A DNA stretch of 64,000 nucleotides from Patescibacteria group bacterium (GCA_041671325.1 JBAZBR010000003.1:132506-196505); one strand, 5' to 3'. Positions 1 through 7,823 are shown, counted from the stretch's first letter. Notes: generated by a model from the sequence alone, not told the origin. Numbers and translations: made by a program.

Positions 1-300
1 ATGGGAAATGACCAAAGGCGCGGGCTTGCCGAGCCTGGCGGCAAATTCCCGCACCGTGATTCTGGAAGGAATTTCAATTTTGCCCACTGGGCCAGAGGTT
101 TCAGCTTTGGCAATTTCATCAATTTCTTTTTCTGGTTCAAATAGTTCTGGAGTTTCCTTAAATTTCTTGATTATGCCCAAGCCGACTACATCTGAAACTT
201 TATGGGCTTTGGAGCCAATGCCAAAACCAAGCCTAGGCAAGGCTTGCCTTAAATCTTGAACCGGAATCCGAAGCCGGCGGGCGAGTTCAGTGACATTCAT
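1..300 (-). CDS. infB: Translation initiation factor IF-2, N-terminal fragment; gene continues beyond the window start
   Basis: Reverse-strand translation from ATG at 300: MNVTELARRLRIPVQDLRQALPRLGFGIGSKAHKV...IEIPSRITVREFAARLGKPAPLVISH. These are two IF2_N-type subdomains typical of bacterial IF-2 N-termini. Not in the ORF track because it is truncated by the window edge. Confidence 0.5.
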   Translation of the reverse strand, partial: MNVTELARRLRIPVQDLRQALPRLGFGIGSKAHKVSDVVGLGIIKKFKETPELFEPEKEIDEIAKAETSGPVGKIEIPSRITVREFAARLGKPAPLVISH

Positions 301-346
301 AAGTGGGTGAATTCTACTAAAAATTTAGCTTAAAGTCAACAGAAAT

Positions 347-373
347 ACCCCGGAAAACTGCGTTTCCCGGGGT
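347..373 (-). terminator. GC hairpin (ACCCCGG-loop-CCGGGGT) between the 170-aa gene and infB; possible terminator or attenuator
   Basis: Perfect 7-bp stem seen in the sequence, lying downstream of the minus-strand 390..902 CDS. Confidence 0.35.
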
Positions 374-389
374 ATGAGTAAAAATCGAT

Positions 390-902
390 TCAAACCAATC
401 CGTGTTTTTTCAAAGTATCAGCAAAGAGCCTTAGGCCAGCTTCGGAATCAATGTGATAGCCGATGATATACGGTTTGGCGCCAACCGAAGCAAGATCGTC
501 AGAAAATATATACTTGTCCAGCACCTCGGCGGAAAGTAAATTTTTCTGGATGAGGCTGTCATAACCTGCTTTTTGATCGGTTGGGATGATTTCTTTACCA
601 GCTGAAGTAAGCCACTTAACCCATGGCTTTTCGGGAGGTGGGCAACCACCGTTCCCTTCAATTCGGATGTCAGTTTTGCCGATTGGGTCGGCATACAATT
701 CCTGCGCGACTTCAAGCGGTAATAGGCCTTTAACGCGCCAGTAACTCCAAGCACGGGTGAAGCTAAAACCTCCAAGTTGACCAGTAAGAGAGTAAGGAAC
801 TTCATCCCCAACCCTGTCTACGCGCATCCCTTGAATGCCAGATCGTAGTAATTCATTTTCAATCTGCAGATCGCAATCCTGATTGCCAGCTAGGTTTTTC
901 AT
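390..902 (-). CDS. hypothetical protein (170 aa), relatively GC-rich
   Basis: Intact ORF with diverse amino-acid composition. No recognisable motif. Confidence 0.5.
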   Translation of the reverse strand: MKNLAGNQDCDLQIENELLRSGIQGMRVDRVGDEVPYSLTGQLGGFSFTRAWSYWRVKGLLPLEVAQELYADPIGKTDIRIEGNGGCPPPEKPWVKWLTSAGKEIIPTDQKAGYDSLIQKNLLSAEVLDKYIFSDDLASVGAKPYIIGYHIDSEAGLRLFADTLKKHGLV

Positions 903-1004
903 GAAAGCCTCCTGTTTTTGGTATGTTTGGATTTTCCGATTAACTTAGCACAGGCTTTTAAAAAGTCAATAGAAAACCCGGTTTTTAACAGATTTTTAAA
1001 ACAG

Positions 1005-1032
1005 AAAACCCCGCGAATGACCGCAGGGTTTT
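1005..1032 (-). terminator. Stem-loop AAAACCCCGCG/CGCAGGGTTTT followed by a T-run on the minus strand; candidate bidirectional terminator
   Basis: 10-bp stem with one mismatch, directly downstream of the minus-strand Cys-rich gene. Confidence 0.4.
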
Positions 1033-1045
1033 AAAAGAGATTAAT

Positions 1046-1624
1046 TCAATTCGCCTTGTGCCTGACTATTTCATCAAGCACACTGGCAATTTCCGCGATT
1101 CTCAGCCTGTATTGCCGGACAGGACAGACCTCGTCATGCTGCCGAATACCAGAGGCAGTCACATCATATGTTTGGTGGCAGTATGGACATTTGCCCTGTC
1201 CGTCGACTGTATGGCATTGGCATGCACAACCGTCTGCTCCAGTCAGCGTCTGTTGCGCGTCAGGCTCTTGCGAATGCGCAAGTTGATAGGCTGCGCAGTT
1301 TTTCAAATGCGCTTCCATATTGCCCATGATGTGGAAATGGCAATATGAACACCAAGAGCAACCACAAACCAGATGCATTTTACGGGGTCCGGGATTTTCC
1401 TGGTGGCAGGTACACCGGCAAAGACCCCAAGAGGCATCATTGGCCGAGATTTGCAGATTCTGTTCCGCGGCATGGCATTTTTTTGCATGGTCATCTTGAT
1501 GGCCGACCTTGATATTTTGGCCGCAAAGCGGACAAATATCGCAACAAGCCCTGCAATGTTTCACGCCGGGATGTATATGGCATTGGCAATCGCAAACATC
1601 AAAATCTGGCGTGCAATTGTTCAT
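1046..1624 (-). CDS. Cysteine/histidine-rich repeat protein (192 aa) with three tandem ~55-aa units, each carrying CxCHxxxG and CxxC...H...H/C ligand clusters; putative metal-binding or zinc-finger-like
   Basis: About 27 Cys and 15 His. Repeats: CQCHIHPG...CPLCGQNIKVGHQDDHAKKCH / CTCHQENPG...CSYCHFHIMGNMEAHLKNC / CQCHTVDGQG...CPYCHQTYD...HDEVC. Overlapping + strand ORFs are short antisense artefacts. Confidence 0.55.
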   Translation of the reverse strand: MNNCTPDFDVCDCQCHIHPGVKHCRACCDICPLCGQNIKVGHQDDHAKKCHAAEQNLQISANDASWGLCRCTCHQENPGPRKMHLVCGCSWCSYCHFHIMGNMEAHLKNCAAYQLAHSQEPDAQQTLTGADGCACQCHTVDGQGKCPYCHQTYDVTASGIRQHDEVCPVRQYRLRIAEIASVLDEIVRHKAN

Positions 1625-1748
1625 TTTTCAAACTCCTTTTTTGTGATCTTGGTTTTGCTAAAAGTTTAGGCTTTTATAAAAATCTGTCAAACTAAAAAAA
1701 TAGGTCTAAGAAACATTTAAGCCTTTAAATAAAATCTATTTTCTGTAA

Positions 1749-2492
1749 TTAAAAATCGCGTTTTTTGCCGACTATAATCTTGATTCGCTTTGGCACAACT
1801 TCAATTGTGGCCGGGGTTTTAATGATGGTTTCGCCATCGGCCATGATTGGCATGGAATCCCCGCCACTCCTGATAGTTAATTTTTTAAAGGGGAAAACGC
1901 TTTTTTTTGAATAGCTGGGTTTTTTCATGAAACCAAAAATTGATTTTTCAGCCTGGGGCCTGACGATTACTTCTAATTTGCCGTCATGCGGGTTGCTGGC
2001 TTCACTAAAATTCGAAATATCAATAGTGGAAGGGGTGACAGTTGAAACTTGGAATTGGTTATCGCAATCTAAAGTTAAAGTCCGGCAATCTGGAACATGC
2101 AAAGCCGAAAGGAAATACCGGTTATTAACCCTTCCCAAATCCAAAGCGCTGGTAATTCTGGCTGAAAGAGTGTCGCAGGCTTCCATGCCATACGGGATGC
2201 CAAGTGATTGAGCGATAAGCGTTGGTTCGCCTAAAGGAATTATGCCAATAGTAGTCTTAAATTCAGCTAAAGTTGAAATGGCGTTGTTAATTAATTTGTC
2301 AGTGCCAATCAAAACAATAGTTTCGGACTGGTTTCTGACTGCATCTTTAATCGTTTCGGCCAAGCTTTTTAAAATAGTTAATTTTTCAACCCGCCCGCGG
2401 ATTTCCAATTCAATCAAACGGTTTTCGATCTTAGTAAGATCGGCTTCGTATTTCTTATTATTAATTTCTGATTCAACTATATAAGTGTACAT
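1749..2492 (-). CDS. Diacylglycerol-kinase catalytic-domain-like (YegS/BmrU family-like) protein; the GGDGT motif is degenerate (IGTDK)
   Basis: VLIGTDKLINNAISTL...IGIIPLGEPTLIAQSLGIP resembles the DAGK_cat signature ...GGDGT...IPLGTGNDFAR. Confidence 0.5.
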   Translation of the reverse strand: MYTYIVESEINNKKYEADLTKIENRLIELEIRGRVEKLTILKSLAETIKDAVRNQSETIVLIGTDKLINNAISTLAEFKTTIGIIPLGEPTLIAQSLGIPYGMEACDTLSARITSALDLGRVNNRYFLSALHVPDCRTLTLDCDNQFQVSTVTPSTIDISNFSEASNPHDGKLEVIVRPQAEKSIFGFMKKPSYSKKSVFPFKKLTIRSGGDSMPIMADGETIIKTPATIEVVPKRIKIIVGKKRDF

Positions 2493-2500
2493 TAAATAAA

Positions 2501-2887
2501 TTATTTTACTTTTTCAATCTTTTCAGGAATATAAGTTTCAGAAGTCATAATACATTTACCATTAAGTATTGCCCCAGGTTCAATTGCTAAAGAACTTGTT
2601 TCAATATTGCCGATCAATTTTGCGGAGGAGGTTACCTGTAATTTGCCATTAGCTTTGATATTGCCATGAACCTCTCCTGCCAAGTAAACATCCTGGGCTT
2701 CAATGTTTGCTTTAACTCTAGCGCCAGTGCCAATGCTGACGTTATGCTTGGTTTTAAGTGTTCCCTGTAATTGGCCTTCAATAATTACATTTCCTTCACC
2801 GGAAAAATTACCCTCTACCTTGACTGAAGAACCAATAATTGTTTCTGTTTGTTTGGAAGGGGTTGAATCAGGCTTGAACATAGCCAT
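2501..2887 (-). CDS. Bactofilin (polymer-forming cytoskeletal protein, CcmA-like)
   Basis: 128 aa of repetitive beta-helix-like segments: VKVEGNFSGEGNVIIEGQLQGTL...VHGNIKANGKLQVTSSAKLIGNIE, typical of the bactofilin DUF583 domain. Confidence 0.8.
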   Translation of the reverse strand: MAMFKPDSTPSKQTETIIGSSVKVEGNFSGEGNVIIEGQLQGTLKTKHNVSIGTGARVKANIEAQDVYLAGEVHGNIKANGKLQVTSSAKLIGNIETSSLAIEPGAILNGKCIMTSETYIPEKIEKVK

Positions 2888-3211
2888 ATATTTATAAATT
2901 AATAATAAAGGCTTATATAACGAGATTGTACTTTAGGATAAGATAAAGGTCAAAAATTGTGCATAAATAAAATGTTCGCTACACTGCATGACGTAAAAGC
3001 CCAATTAATTAACAATTATTATGAGTGAAAATTTACACTTTCAAGCCTTGAATATAAAAAAGGATTTAAAAACTTTATTAATTTTAATAATTTGCATCGG
3101 ATTATTTTTTGGACTAATTCTAGTATTAGAAGAAAAAACTGGAATTATTGAAACAATAATTGCTAAATTGCATTTAGCGACACTTGGAAATAGCTAATAT
3201 TAGCCATTTTT

Positions 3212-3286
3212 GCCCCCGTAGCTCAATGGATAGAGCTATCCCGTCCTAAGGGAGAGATGGAGGTTCGATTCCTTTCGGGGGCACCA
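3212..3286 (+). tRNA. tRNA-Arg (anticodon CCT), 75 nt including encoded CCA
   Basis: Cloverleaf folded by hand: acceptor GCCCCCG/CGGGGGC, D-arm GCTC-AATGGATA-GAGC, anticodon arm ATCCC-GTCCTAA-GGGAG, T-arm GGAGG-TTCGATT-CCTTT, then A and CCA. Confidence 0.85.
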
Positions 3287-4720
3287 CCCAGAATATGAGG
3301 CGCTTTGCGCCGCTATACCCCAGCCCAAATGGGCTTCAAATCGAAGCGTTTTGCCTTTCAAAAGAAAGTTCGAGCCGATATTTTTCATTGAATTCTTAAT
3401 TTCCAAGAGGTCGCGCGAGATTGCGACTTTTTTGGCTTGTTTACTTAATAAAATGAACTCTCGCATTGGTTCGAGCCAAACTAAACCCTCGCCCCGTAAT
3501 TGAGCGAATTTATCCTCAATTCTCACTTTTTCATTTACAAGCGTATCTTTCTTAGATAAATACTCCGAAGTGGTAATTGAACGCTCCAATTTTGCATCTA
3601 AAAGATTATCCAGCTTCTTTTCCACAACAACCAATGTATCTTTTTTCTTTTGGGCGAGGGCTTGAGTGGTCTGCTCGTTTCTCTCTTTTTCTTGGTCTAG
3701 CTTGACCAACATTTTATCCGCCCAGTCATCACGGATGGAATGAGTGGCTAAGGTCGCCCTCATTTGCTCCACTAGCGCTTCTTCACGCAAGAATTTCGTT
3801 TCACATCTGCCTTTCTTTTTGGTACAGCGGTAATACGTGTGTCCCTTCTGGCTTTCTGCCGTAATGTAGCAACCGCAAGAAGCGCATTTAATCAAGCCAA
3901 GAAAGGCAAAGTTATGTTTCTTTATTTCCCTCGCGCGACCTCGTTTACGCATCATCGCCTGGGCTTTATCAAACAATTCCCTTGAGATGAACGTATCATG
4001 GCTTCCCTGGTATGTCTCCCCGCAATAAGTAAACACGCCGCAGTAAAAAGTGTTTTTAAGCATGTTTTGTATCATGCTGGCAGAGTTTGGGTGGTTGTAG
4101 TGGCTTTTGAGCTTCACACGATTACACCAGTTGGCTAGAGCAGTTAATGTCCAGTCGCCGGTTACATACATAGTAAATAGCTTTTTGACTATTTTCGCTT
4201 CTCGTTTTTCAATGAGGATATTTCTACTTTTGGCGTCGTTGAAATAGCCAAGTGGCGCCATAGACGGCCACACACCGCGTCGTAGCTTCTGTCGTAGCCC
4301 ACGTTTCACGTTTTCCGATAGATTGTCTATGTAATACTTACTTTGTCCAAAAGCGATATTCAGCATGAATTTCCCTTGCGGCGTGTTCTCAAACCAAAAC
4401 GTGGGGAATTTCAGATTTTGGATTTTATCCCGATCGGTCAGGTAAATGACCTGTCCGCCGTCTACGGGATTTCTGGCCAGCCGATCAGGATGCCAGGCGA
4501 TGATGCCATTGGCTTCGCCCTTTTCTATTCTCTTCAGCATTTCATTGAAGATTTTCCGTCCGGGTTCTTTGGCAGTTTTTGCCTCGCAGAGCGAGGCGAC
4601 GATTTCAAGTTTTTCTTTGGCGGCAAATTCTTTTAATTCATCTATTTGAGATTCAATGCTTAACACCTGACGATCTTCCTCGTCAGTAGATTTCCTGGCA
4701 TAGAGAAAATATTTGTTCAT
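3236..4720 (-). CDS. Large serine recombinase (resolvase/invertase N-terminal catalytic domain + recombinase domain + zinc ribbon)
   Basis: N-terminus YARKSTDEEDRQVLSIESQ (catalytic Ser motif), ...DRLARN..., central recombinase domain, Cys cluster CASCGCY...YYRC, C-terminal coiled coil. Its 3' end runs into the 76-bp inverted repeat and the tRNA-Arg 3' end. Confidence 0.85.
   Translation of the reverse strand: MNKYFLYARKSTDEEDRQVLSIESQIDELKEFAAKEKLEIVASLCEAKTAKEPGRKIFNEMLKRIEKGEANGIIAWHPDRLARNPVDGGQVIYLTDRDKIQNLKFPTFWFENTPQGKFMLNIAFGQSKYYIDNLSENVKRGLRQKLRRGVWPSMAPLGYFNDAKSRNILIEKREAKIVKKLFTMYVTGDWTLTALANWCNRVKLKSHYNHPNSASMIQNMLKNTFYCGVFTYCGETYQGSHDTFISRELFDKAQAMMRKRGRAREIKKHNFAFLGLIKCASCGCYITAESQKGHTYYRCTKKKGRCETKFLREEALVEQMRATLATHSIRDDWADKMLVKLDQEKERNEQTTQALAQKKKDTLVVVEKKLDNLLDAKLERSITTSEYLSKKDTLVNEKVRIEDKFAQLRGEGLVWLEPMREFILLSKQAKKVAISRDLLEIKNSMKNIGSNFLLKGKTLRFEAHLGWGIAAQSASYSGWCPRKESNLHLSLRTG
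3281..3356. repeat. IR1-L: left copy of a perfect 76-bp inverted repeat; it starts inside the last 6 nt of tRNA-Arg
   Basis: 3281-3356 is the exact reverse complement of 4787-4860, checked base by base. Confidence 0.9.
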
Positions 4721-4786
4721 ATATTTTTAAGATTAAGAATTAAGAGGGGGAAGTGCGCTTCTGGCCCCTCCGCTTCGCGGAGAAAG

Positions 4787-4860
4787 GCAAAACGCTTCGA
4801 TTTGAAGCCCATTTGGGCTGGGGTATAGCGGCGCAAAGCGCCTCATATTCTGGGTGGTGC
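4787..4860. repeat. IR1-R: right copy of the 76-bp perfect inverted repeat flanking the recombinase gene
   Basis: Exact reverse complement of 3281-3356. Confidence 0.9.
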
Positions 4861-4944
4861 GGTCTTTTTGAGAAAATACGAACCGAGTTTGCGGGCGGCG
4901 GCTCGCGCGCGGAGGAGACCCAGCCGCCGCCCGCTGCCGCGCCG
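4853..4944. repeat. IR2-L: left copy of a second perfect inverted repeat (~92 bp, GC-rich); it overlaps IR1-R over the GCACCAC core
   Basis: 4853-4944 is the reverse complement of 6438-6529. Confidence 0.85.
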
Positions 4945-5086
4945 TGTTAAAAAACTACCAAAGAACCCTAGAAAAATATCGACTCTCACTTTCTTTTAGG
5001 CCAGAAGCGCACTTCCCCCTATTGCTTTAAGTCCAATTTGGACTATTCCATACTGGACTTTATCATGAATTTGTGAAACAATCAAT

Positions 5087-5308
5087 ATGAATAGCGAAAT
5101 CTACTCAAAAGAACATAAAAAGCTCATAGAACGCATAATACAGGCCCGAAAAGAGGCAGATTTAAGCCAGATGGAAGCAGCCAAGCGACTTGGCCGATCC
5201 CAGTCTTATATCTCAAAAATCGAGGTTGGACAGCGGAAGATTGACGTGATTGAGTTGAAAAAAATTGCCAAAGTATATAATGTTGCCATCAGTAGTTTAA
5301 TTAATTAA
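5087..5308 (+). CDS. XRE-family helix-turn-helix transcriptional regulator (73 aa)
   Basis: LSQMEAAKRLGRSQSYISKIEVGQRKIDVIELKKIAKVYNV is a classic HTH_XRE pattern. Confidence 0.75.
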   Translation: MNSEIYSKEHKKLIERIIQARKEADLSQMEAAKRLGRSQSYISKIEVGQRKIDVIELKKIAKVYNVAISSLIN

Positions 5309-5326
5309 TTTTTTTAAAATATATCT

Positions 5327-5950
5327 ATGATTTTTCTGTACATTTTATTAGCCATAATAGCATATATACTTTGGCGCATTTATCGCCAAAAGGAAGTGGA
5401 AAAAGAACGAATTACAAGTGAAAAGTTTAACGCTGAATGGGAACAAATTAGGAAAGAAGAATTTAAAAACTACCCTCATTTGATTGGAAAAGTTGATTAC
5501 GCCTGGCTTGAGCTTTTTGGGAAAGTTTTTGTCGAAAAAGATATGTCACACATAAACGCTGCTTTTTTAATATATGCAAAAGAAGCAAACAATACAAAGT
5601 TAGATATTATTGAGGTGGATCATCTATTTGACTCATTATGGGATCTTTCAGAGGAGCTCCTTGAGCATTTGGAAAAATATCACGAAAGCACTAAATACGA
5701 ATATGAAATAGCAATTCTTGCATTTTGGCAGATTGCCGCGCAAGGAGCTGACTCTTTTGTTGGAAAAGATATTGAAACAATAACAAAGATGTTCCAATCT
5801 GCCCCATTTACCGACATAGAAAAAATTCCTTCATGGTTTCCTAAAAAAGATAATCATCCAGTTAAAGAACTTTCTTTTAGAGGTGAAAACGCTAATTTCC
5901 CAAGAAAATCTGAAGGCTCGAAACTAATTCACGAAAGAATAACAGTCTAA
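5327..5950 (+). CDS. hypothetical protein with N-terminal TM helix (207 aa); cargo of the tRNA-Arg element
   Basis: Intact ORF. Hydrophobic N-terminus MIFLYILLAIIAYILW. No recognisable motif. Confidence 0.5.
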   Translation: MIFLYILLAIIAYILWRIYRQKEVEKERITSEKFNAEWEQIRKEEFKNYPHLIGKVDYAWLELFGKVFVEKDMSHINAAFLIYAKEANNTKLDIIEVDHLFDSLWDLSEELLEHLEKYHESTKYEYEIAILAFWQIAAQGADSFVGKDIETITKMFQSAPFTDIEKIPSWFPKKDNHPVKELSFRGENANFPRKSEGSKLIHERITV

Positions 5951-5971
5951 GAATTTGAAGCTGACAAATGA

Positions 5972-6400
5972 TTGCCGAAGATGAGCATATATAATAAAAC
6001 AAGAAAAATACCATTCGTATATTACTTATGCTATTTATTATGGATTTTGTTTATATGGGTTCTATTGTTGTCCCTCGAAATTAATATTACTTTAGAGTTC
6101 CTGAAAGAATATCTAAAAGTTGTTTTAAATACATTTATTGCAACAATTGTACTCATATTTGCGATTCAAATACCGCGTTTAGAAAAATTCAAAGACGATA
6201 AAGAAAAACAAACTGAAATAAAGAAAGATTGGGGTAAATTTCTGCAAAGATTTGTATTATTAATAATTTTTATCTTAGTAACTTTTCTTTCTCTAGAATT
6301 TTTTATTTTTGGTTTCTTAAAAGATTTTGTTTTGGCAGTAACGATTGTTGGACTGTTTTATCTTTTTAAATCTATCTTTTCATATCTAAGGAATATTTAA
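5972..6400 (+). CDS. hypothetical small membrane protein (142 aa, about 3-4 TM helices)
   Basis: Highly hydrophobic segments: YLCYLLWILFIWVLLLS; LLIIFILVTFLSLEFFIFGFL. Confidence 0.45.
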   Translation: MPKMSIYNKTRKIPFVYYLCYLLWILFIWVLLLSLEINITLEFLKEYLKVVLNTFIATIVLIFAIQIPRLEKFKDDKEKQTEIKKDWGKFLQRFVLLIIFILVTFLSLEFFIFGFLKDFVLAVTIVGLFYLFKSIFSYLRNI

Positions 6401-6437
6401 TTAGAACTTGCCGCTAAAGAAAAACTCGAAATCGTCA

Positions 6438-6529
6438 AAACGGCGCGGCAGCGGGCGGCGGCTGGGTCTCCTCCGCGCGCGAGCCGCCGCCCGCAAACTC
6501 GGTTCGTATTTTCTCAAAAAGACCGCACC
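6438..6529. repeat. IR2-R: right copy of the ~92-bp inverted repeat; it ends with GCACCAC, a direct repeat of the tRNA-Arg 3' end
   Basis: Reverse complement of 4853-4944. The terminal GCACCAC (6523-6529) duplicates 3281-3287. Confidence 0.85.
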
Positions 6530-6608
6530 ACGCGTCATCGCTTGCTTCACCCTTCGCGTGCTTGAGGTCTCAAGCCCGCTGCGGGTTCCTCAAGCGTGCC
6601 ACTTTCCC
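6523..6608 (+). repeat. Trailer element copy T-A (part 1), GC-rich, beginning GCACCACGCGTCATC
   Basis: Aligns with T-B (7336-) and T-C (7894-): CCACCACG..TCATC/AATC...CTTCACCC..., about 65-70% identity. Contains alternative-pairing stems GCTTGAGG / TCTCAAGC / CCTCAAGC. Confidence 0.5.
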
Positions 6609-6643
6609 CAATTTATAAAAAATAAATCGGGGACCCCATAAAA
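6606..6643. repeat. Mini-palindrome H-A: CCCCAATTTAT-aaaaa-ATAAATCGGGG followed by the conserved tail ACCCCATAAAA
   Basis: Four similar hairpins (6606, 7497, 7975, 8040) share CCCC(A)AAT..palindrome..ATTGGGG + (A/G)ACCCCAT(A/G)A. Confidence 0.6.
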
Positions 6644-6844
6644 TCACTTATAACTCTCTGCAAGGTTATCGCTTTTCCTCCCGAATGCTTGCTCCTTCCC
6701 ATCAACTGAGTTCGGAGTCGTGCGCACCTCATTCGTGAAGCTATGTTCCAGGCGCAGCCCGCTCTCCCTAAATTTTAAATTTGAAAATTTAGAGGCACCC
6801 ATTCAATTGATTATTTCGCAGACAGCAGCTTATCATATTTAAAA

Positions 6845-6960
6845 ATGTTACACGTGCCTGCCCGCCATCTGTAAATACTCCTATGTTTTATATACAATTC
6901 ATGAATTGTTCCACGTGGAACAATTTCAGTAATATAGACTAGGCATGGCAGGCGGGGAAC
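6845..6960. repeat. Module U1: ~115-bp imperfect palindrome centred on TTCCACGTGGAA, upstream of tRNA-Ala(CGC)
   Basis: AATGTTACACGTGCCTGCCCGCC ... TTGTTCCACGTGGAACAATTTCA ... GGCATGGCAGGCGGGGAAC. The second copy, U2 (7545-7660), has the same architecture and spacing. Confidence 0.7.
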
Positions 6961-7176
6961 GTTTTATAGATAAACTGTATTAACAACCAATTTAGCCTAT
7001 GGTTTAATGGTAGACTTTCCCGTCGAACCGCCTGTCTGCCGGTAGGCAGGGCAATGCAGGCGGGACGCGTCATTCGCACCCGCCTACCGGAGTACGGGCC
7101 GTTAGCTTCCGTCTTTACGAAGACGCTTCGTCGGACAAGCAGTTGGCAGAATTTTAACATAAATGACTTAATTTCC

Positions 7177-7250
7177 GGGGATATCGTATAGCGGTAATAC
7201 ACGGCATTCGCATTGCCGAGACCCGGGTTCGATTCCCGGTATCTCCACCA
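7177..7250 (+). tRNA. tRNA-Ala (anticodon CGC), 74 nt including encoded CCA
   Basis: Acceptor GGGGATA/TATCTCC with the G3:U70 Ala identity pair; D-arm GTAT-AGCGGTA-ATAC; anticodon arm CGGCA-TTCGCAT-TGCCG; T-arm CCGGG-TTCGATT-CCCGG; then A and CCA. Confidence 0.8.
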
Positions 7251-7335
7251 AGCCCGTACGGCATATAGGTTACCGAGGAGGTGGTCCCCCGCCTGCCTCA
7301 CAAGTGAGTCAAGTGGGCAGGGATTCCGCCTAGGC

Positions 7336-7496
7336 CCACCACGCGTCAATCCTTGCGTCGGGTTACGTGTGCTCAAAGTCTTGAGCCCACTCCACCCTTT
7401 ACAAGATTGCCGCTTTTCCTCGCAAACGCGTGCTCGTCCTGCATAGCAGGACTGCGCTCCACGCTTGCTTGGTAGATCCTGCAAGCATCCCGCTTA
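7336..7496 (+). repeat. Trailer element copy T-B (parts 1 and 2 contiguous), beginning CCACCACGCGTCAATC
   Basis: Homologous to 6523-6608 plus 6650-6760. Shared block CGCTTTTCCTC(G/C)C(A/G)AA(C/T)GC(G/T)TGCTC. Confidence 0.5.
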
Positions 7497-7529
7497 CCCA
7501 ATTTCATTGGTATTGATGATGAAATGGGG
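7497..7529. repeat. Mini-palindrome H-B: CCCAATTTCAT...ATGAAATGGGG
   Basis: Same hairpin class as H-A, H-C and H-D. Confidence 0.5.
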
Positions 7530-7544
7530 ACTCCTAATAAGTAA

Positions 7545-7660
7545 AATGTTCCACGTGCTTGCCCGCCACCTACAATTTATTCAATATTTACTTTATAATT
7601 ATTAAAATGTTCCACGTGGAACAATTTCAAACTTATCCCAAGGCATGGCAGGCGGGGAAC
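7545..7660. repeat. Module U2: second copy of the ~115-bp palindromic module (TTCCACGTGGAA core), upstream of tRNA-Ala(GGC)
   Basis: AATGTTCCACGTGCTTGCCCGCC...AATGTTCCACGTGGAACAATTTCA...GGCATGGCAGGCGGGGAAC. Confidence 0.7.
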
Positions 7661-7693
7661 ATATTGGAAATAAACGCTATAATTAGCAAAAAT

Positions 7694-7766
7694 ATGGGCC
7701 TCTAGTCCCGACTCCGCTATGCGGAGTCGAGGATCCACGTCCCGCCAAGCGGGACGGGACTCATTT
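7694..7766 (+). other. Partial duplicate of the tRNA-Ala(GGC) 5' end (GGGCCTCTAG ... CTCATTTAG), split by a 54-nt insert of two perfect GC hairpins
   Basis: GGGCCTCTAG and CTCATTT(G/A)G match tRNA positions 1-10 and 11-19. Insert hairpins: CGACTCCGC-tat-GCGGAGTCG and CGTCCCGC-caa-GCGGGACG. Confidence 0.6.
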
Positions 7767-7823
7767 AGAACAAATCTATATTTTTTCAGGCTTTTGATTG
7801 ATATATAATGTAGTATATTTTCT

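Larger units (their letters stand above)
3281..6529. mobile_element. Putative integrative or invertible element in the tRNA-Arg 3' end: a serine recombinase module plus a cargo module (XRE regulator + 2 membrane proteins), each bracketed by perfect long inverted repeats, with the whole flanked by a 7-nt direct repeat GCACCAC
   Basis: tRNA-adjacent recombinase. Nested IR pairs (76 bp, 92 bp). Duplicated tRNA 3' core at both ends. The cargo is very AT-rich. Confidence 0.55.

Noticed and set aside
8-259. 83-aa + strand ORF at the window start
   Set aside because: It is antisense to the better-supported infB N-terminus on the minus strand, and its composition is low-complexity (S/L/P-rich).
1056-1669. 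Three + strand ORFs (76, 96, 98 aa) overlapping the Cys-rich gene
   Set aside because: Short and mutually overlapping; antisense to a long ORF with a coherent repeat architecture.
3022-3198. 59-aa small hydrophobic ORF (MSENLHFQALNIKKDLKTLLILIICIGLFFGLILVLEEK...) just upstream of tRNA-Arg
   Set aside because: Below the ORF-track threshold, with no convincing RBS. It may be a real small membrane protein, but the evidence is insufficient to list as a feature.
4753-4950. 65-aa + strand ORF (MRFWPLRFAEKGKTLRFEAHLGWGIAAQSASYSGW...)
   Set aside because: It lies entirely within IR1-R/IR2-L. Its similarity to the recombinase C-terminus is a by-product of the inverted repeat, not an independent gene.
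6408-7484. ORFs 6408..6641 (+), 6939..7484 (-) and 7213..7446 (+) in the tRNA tract
   Set aside because: They overlap the tRNA-Ala gene and the repeated GC-rich trailers. The peptide similarity between 6408 and 7213 simply mirrors the nucleotide repeat. No RBS.; Arg/Pro-rich low-complexity translations.
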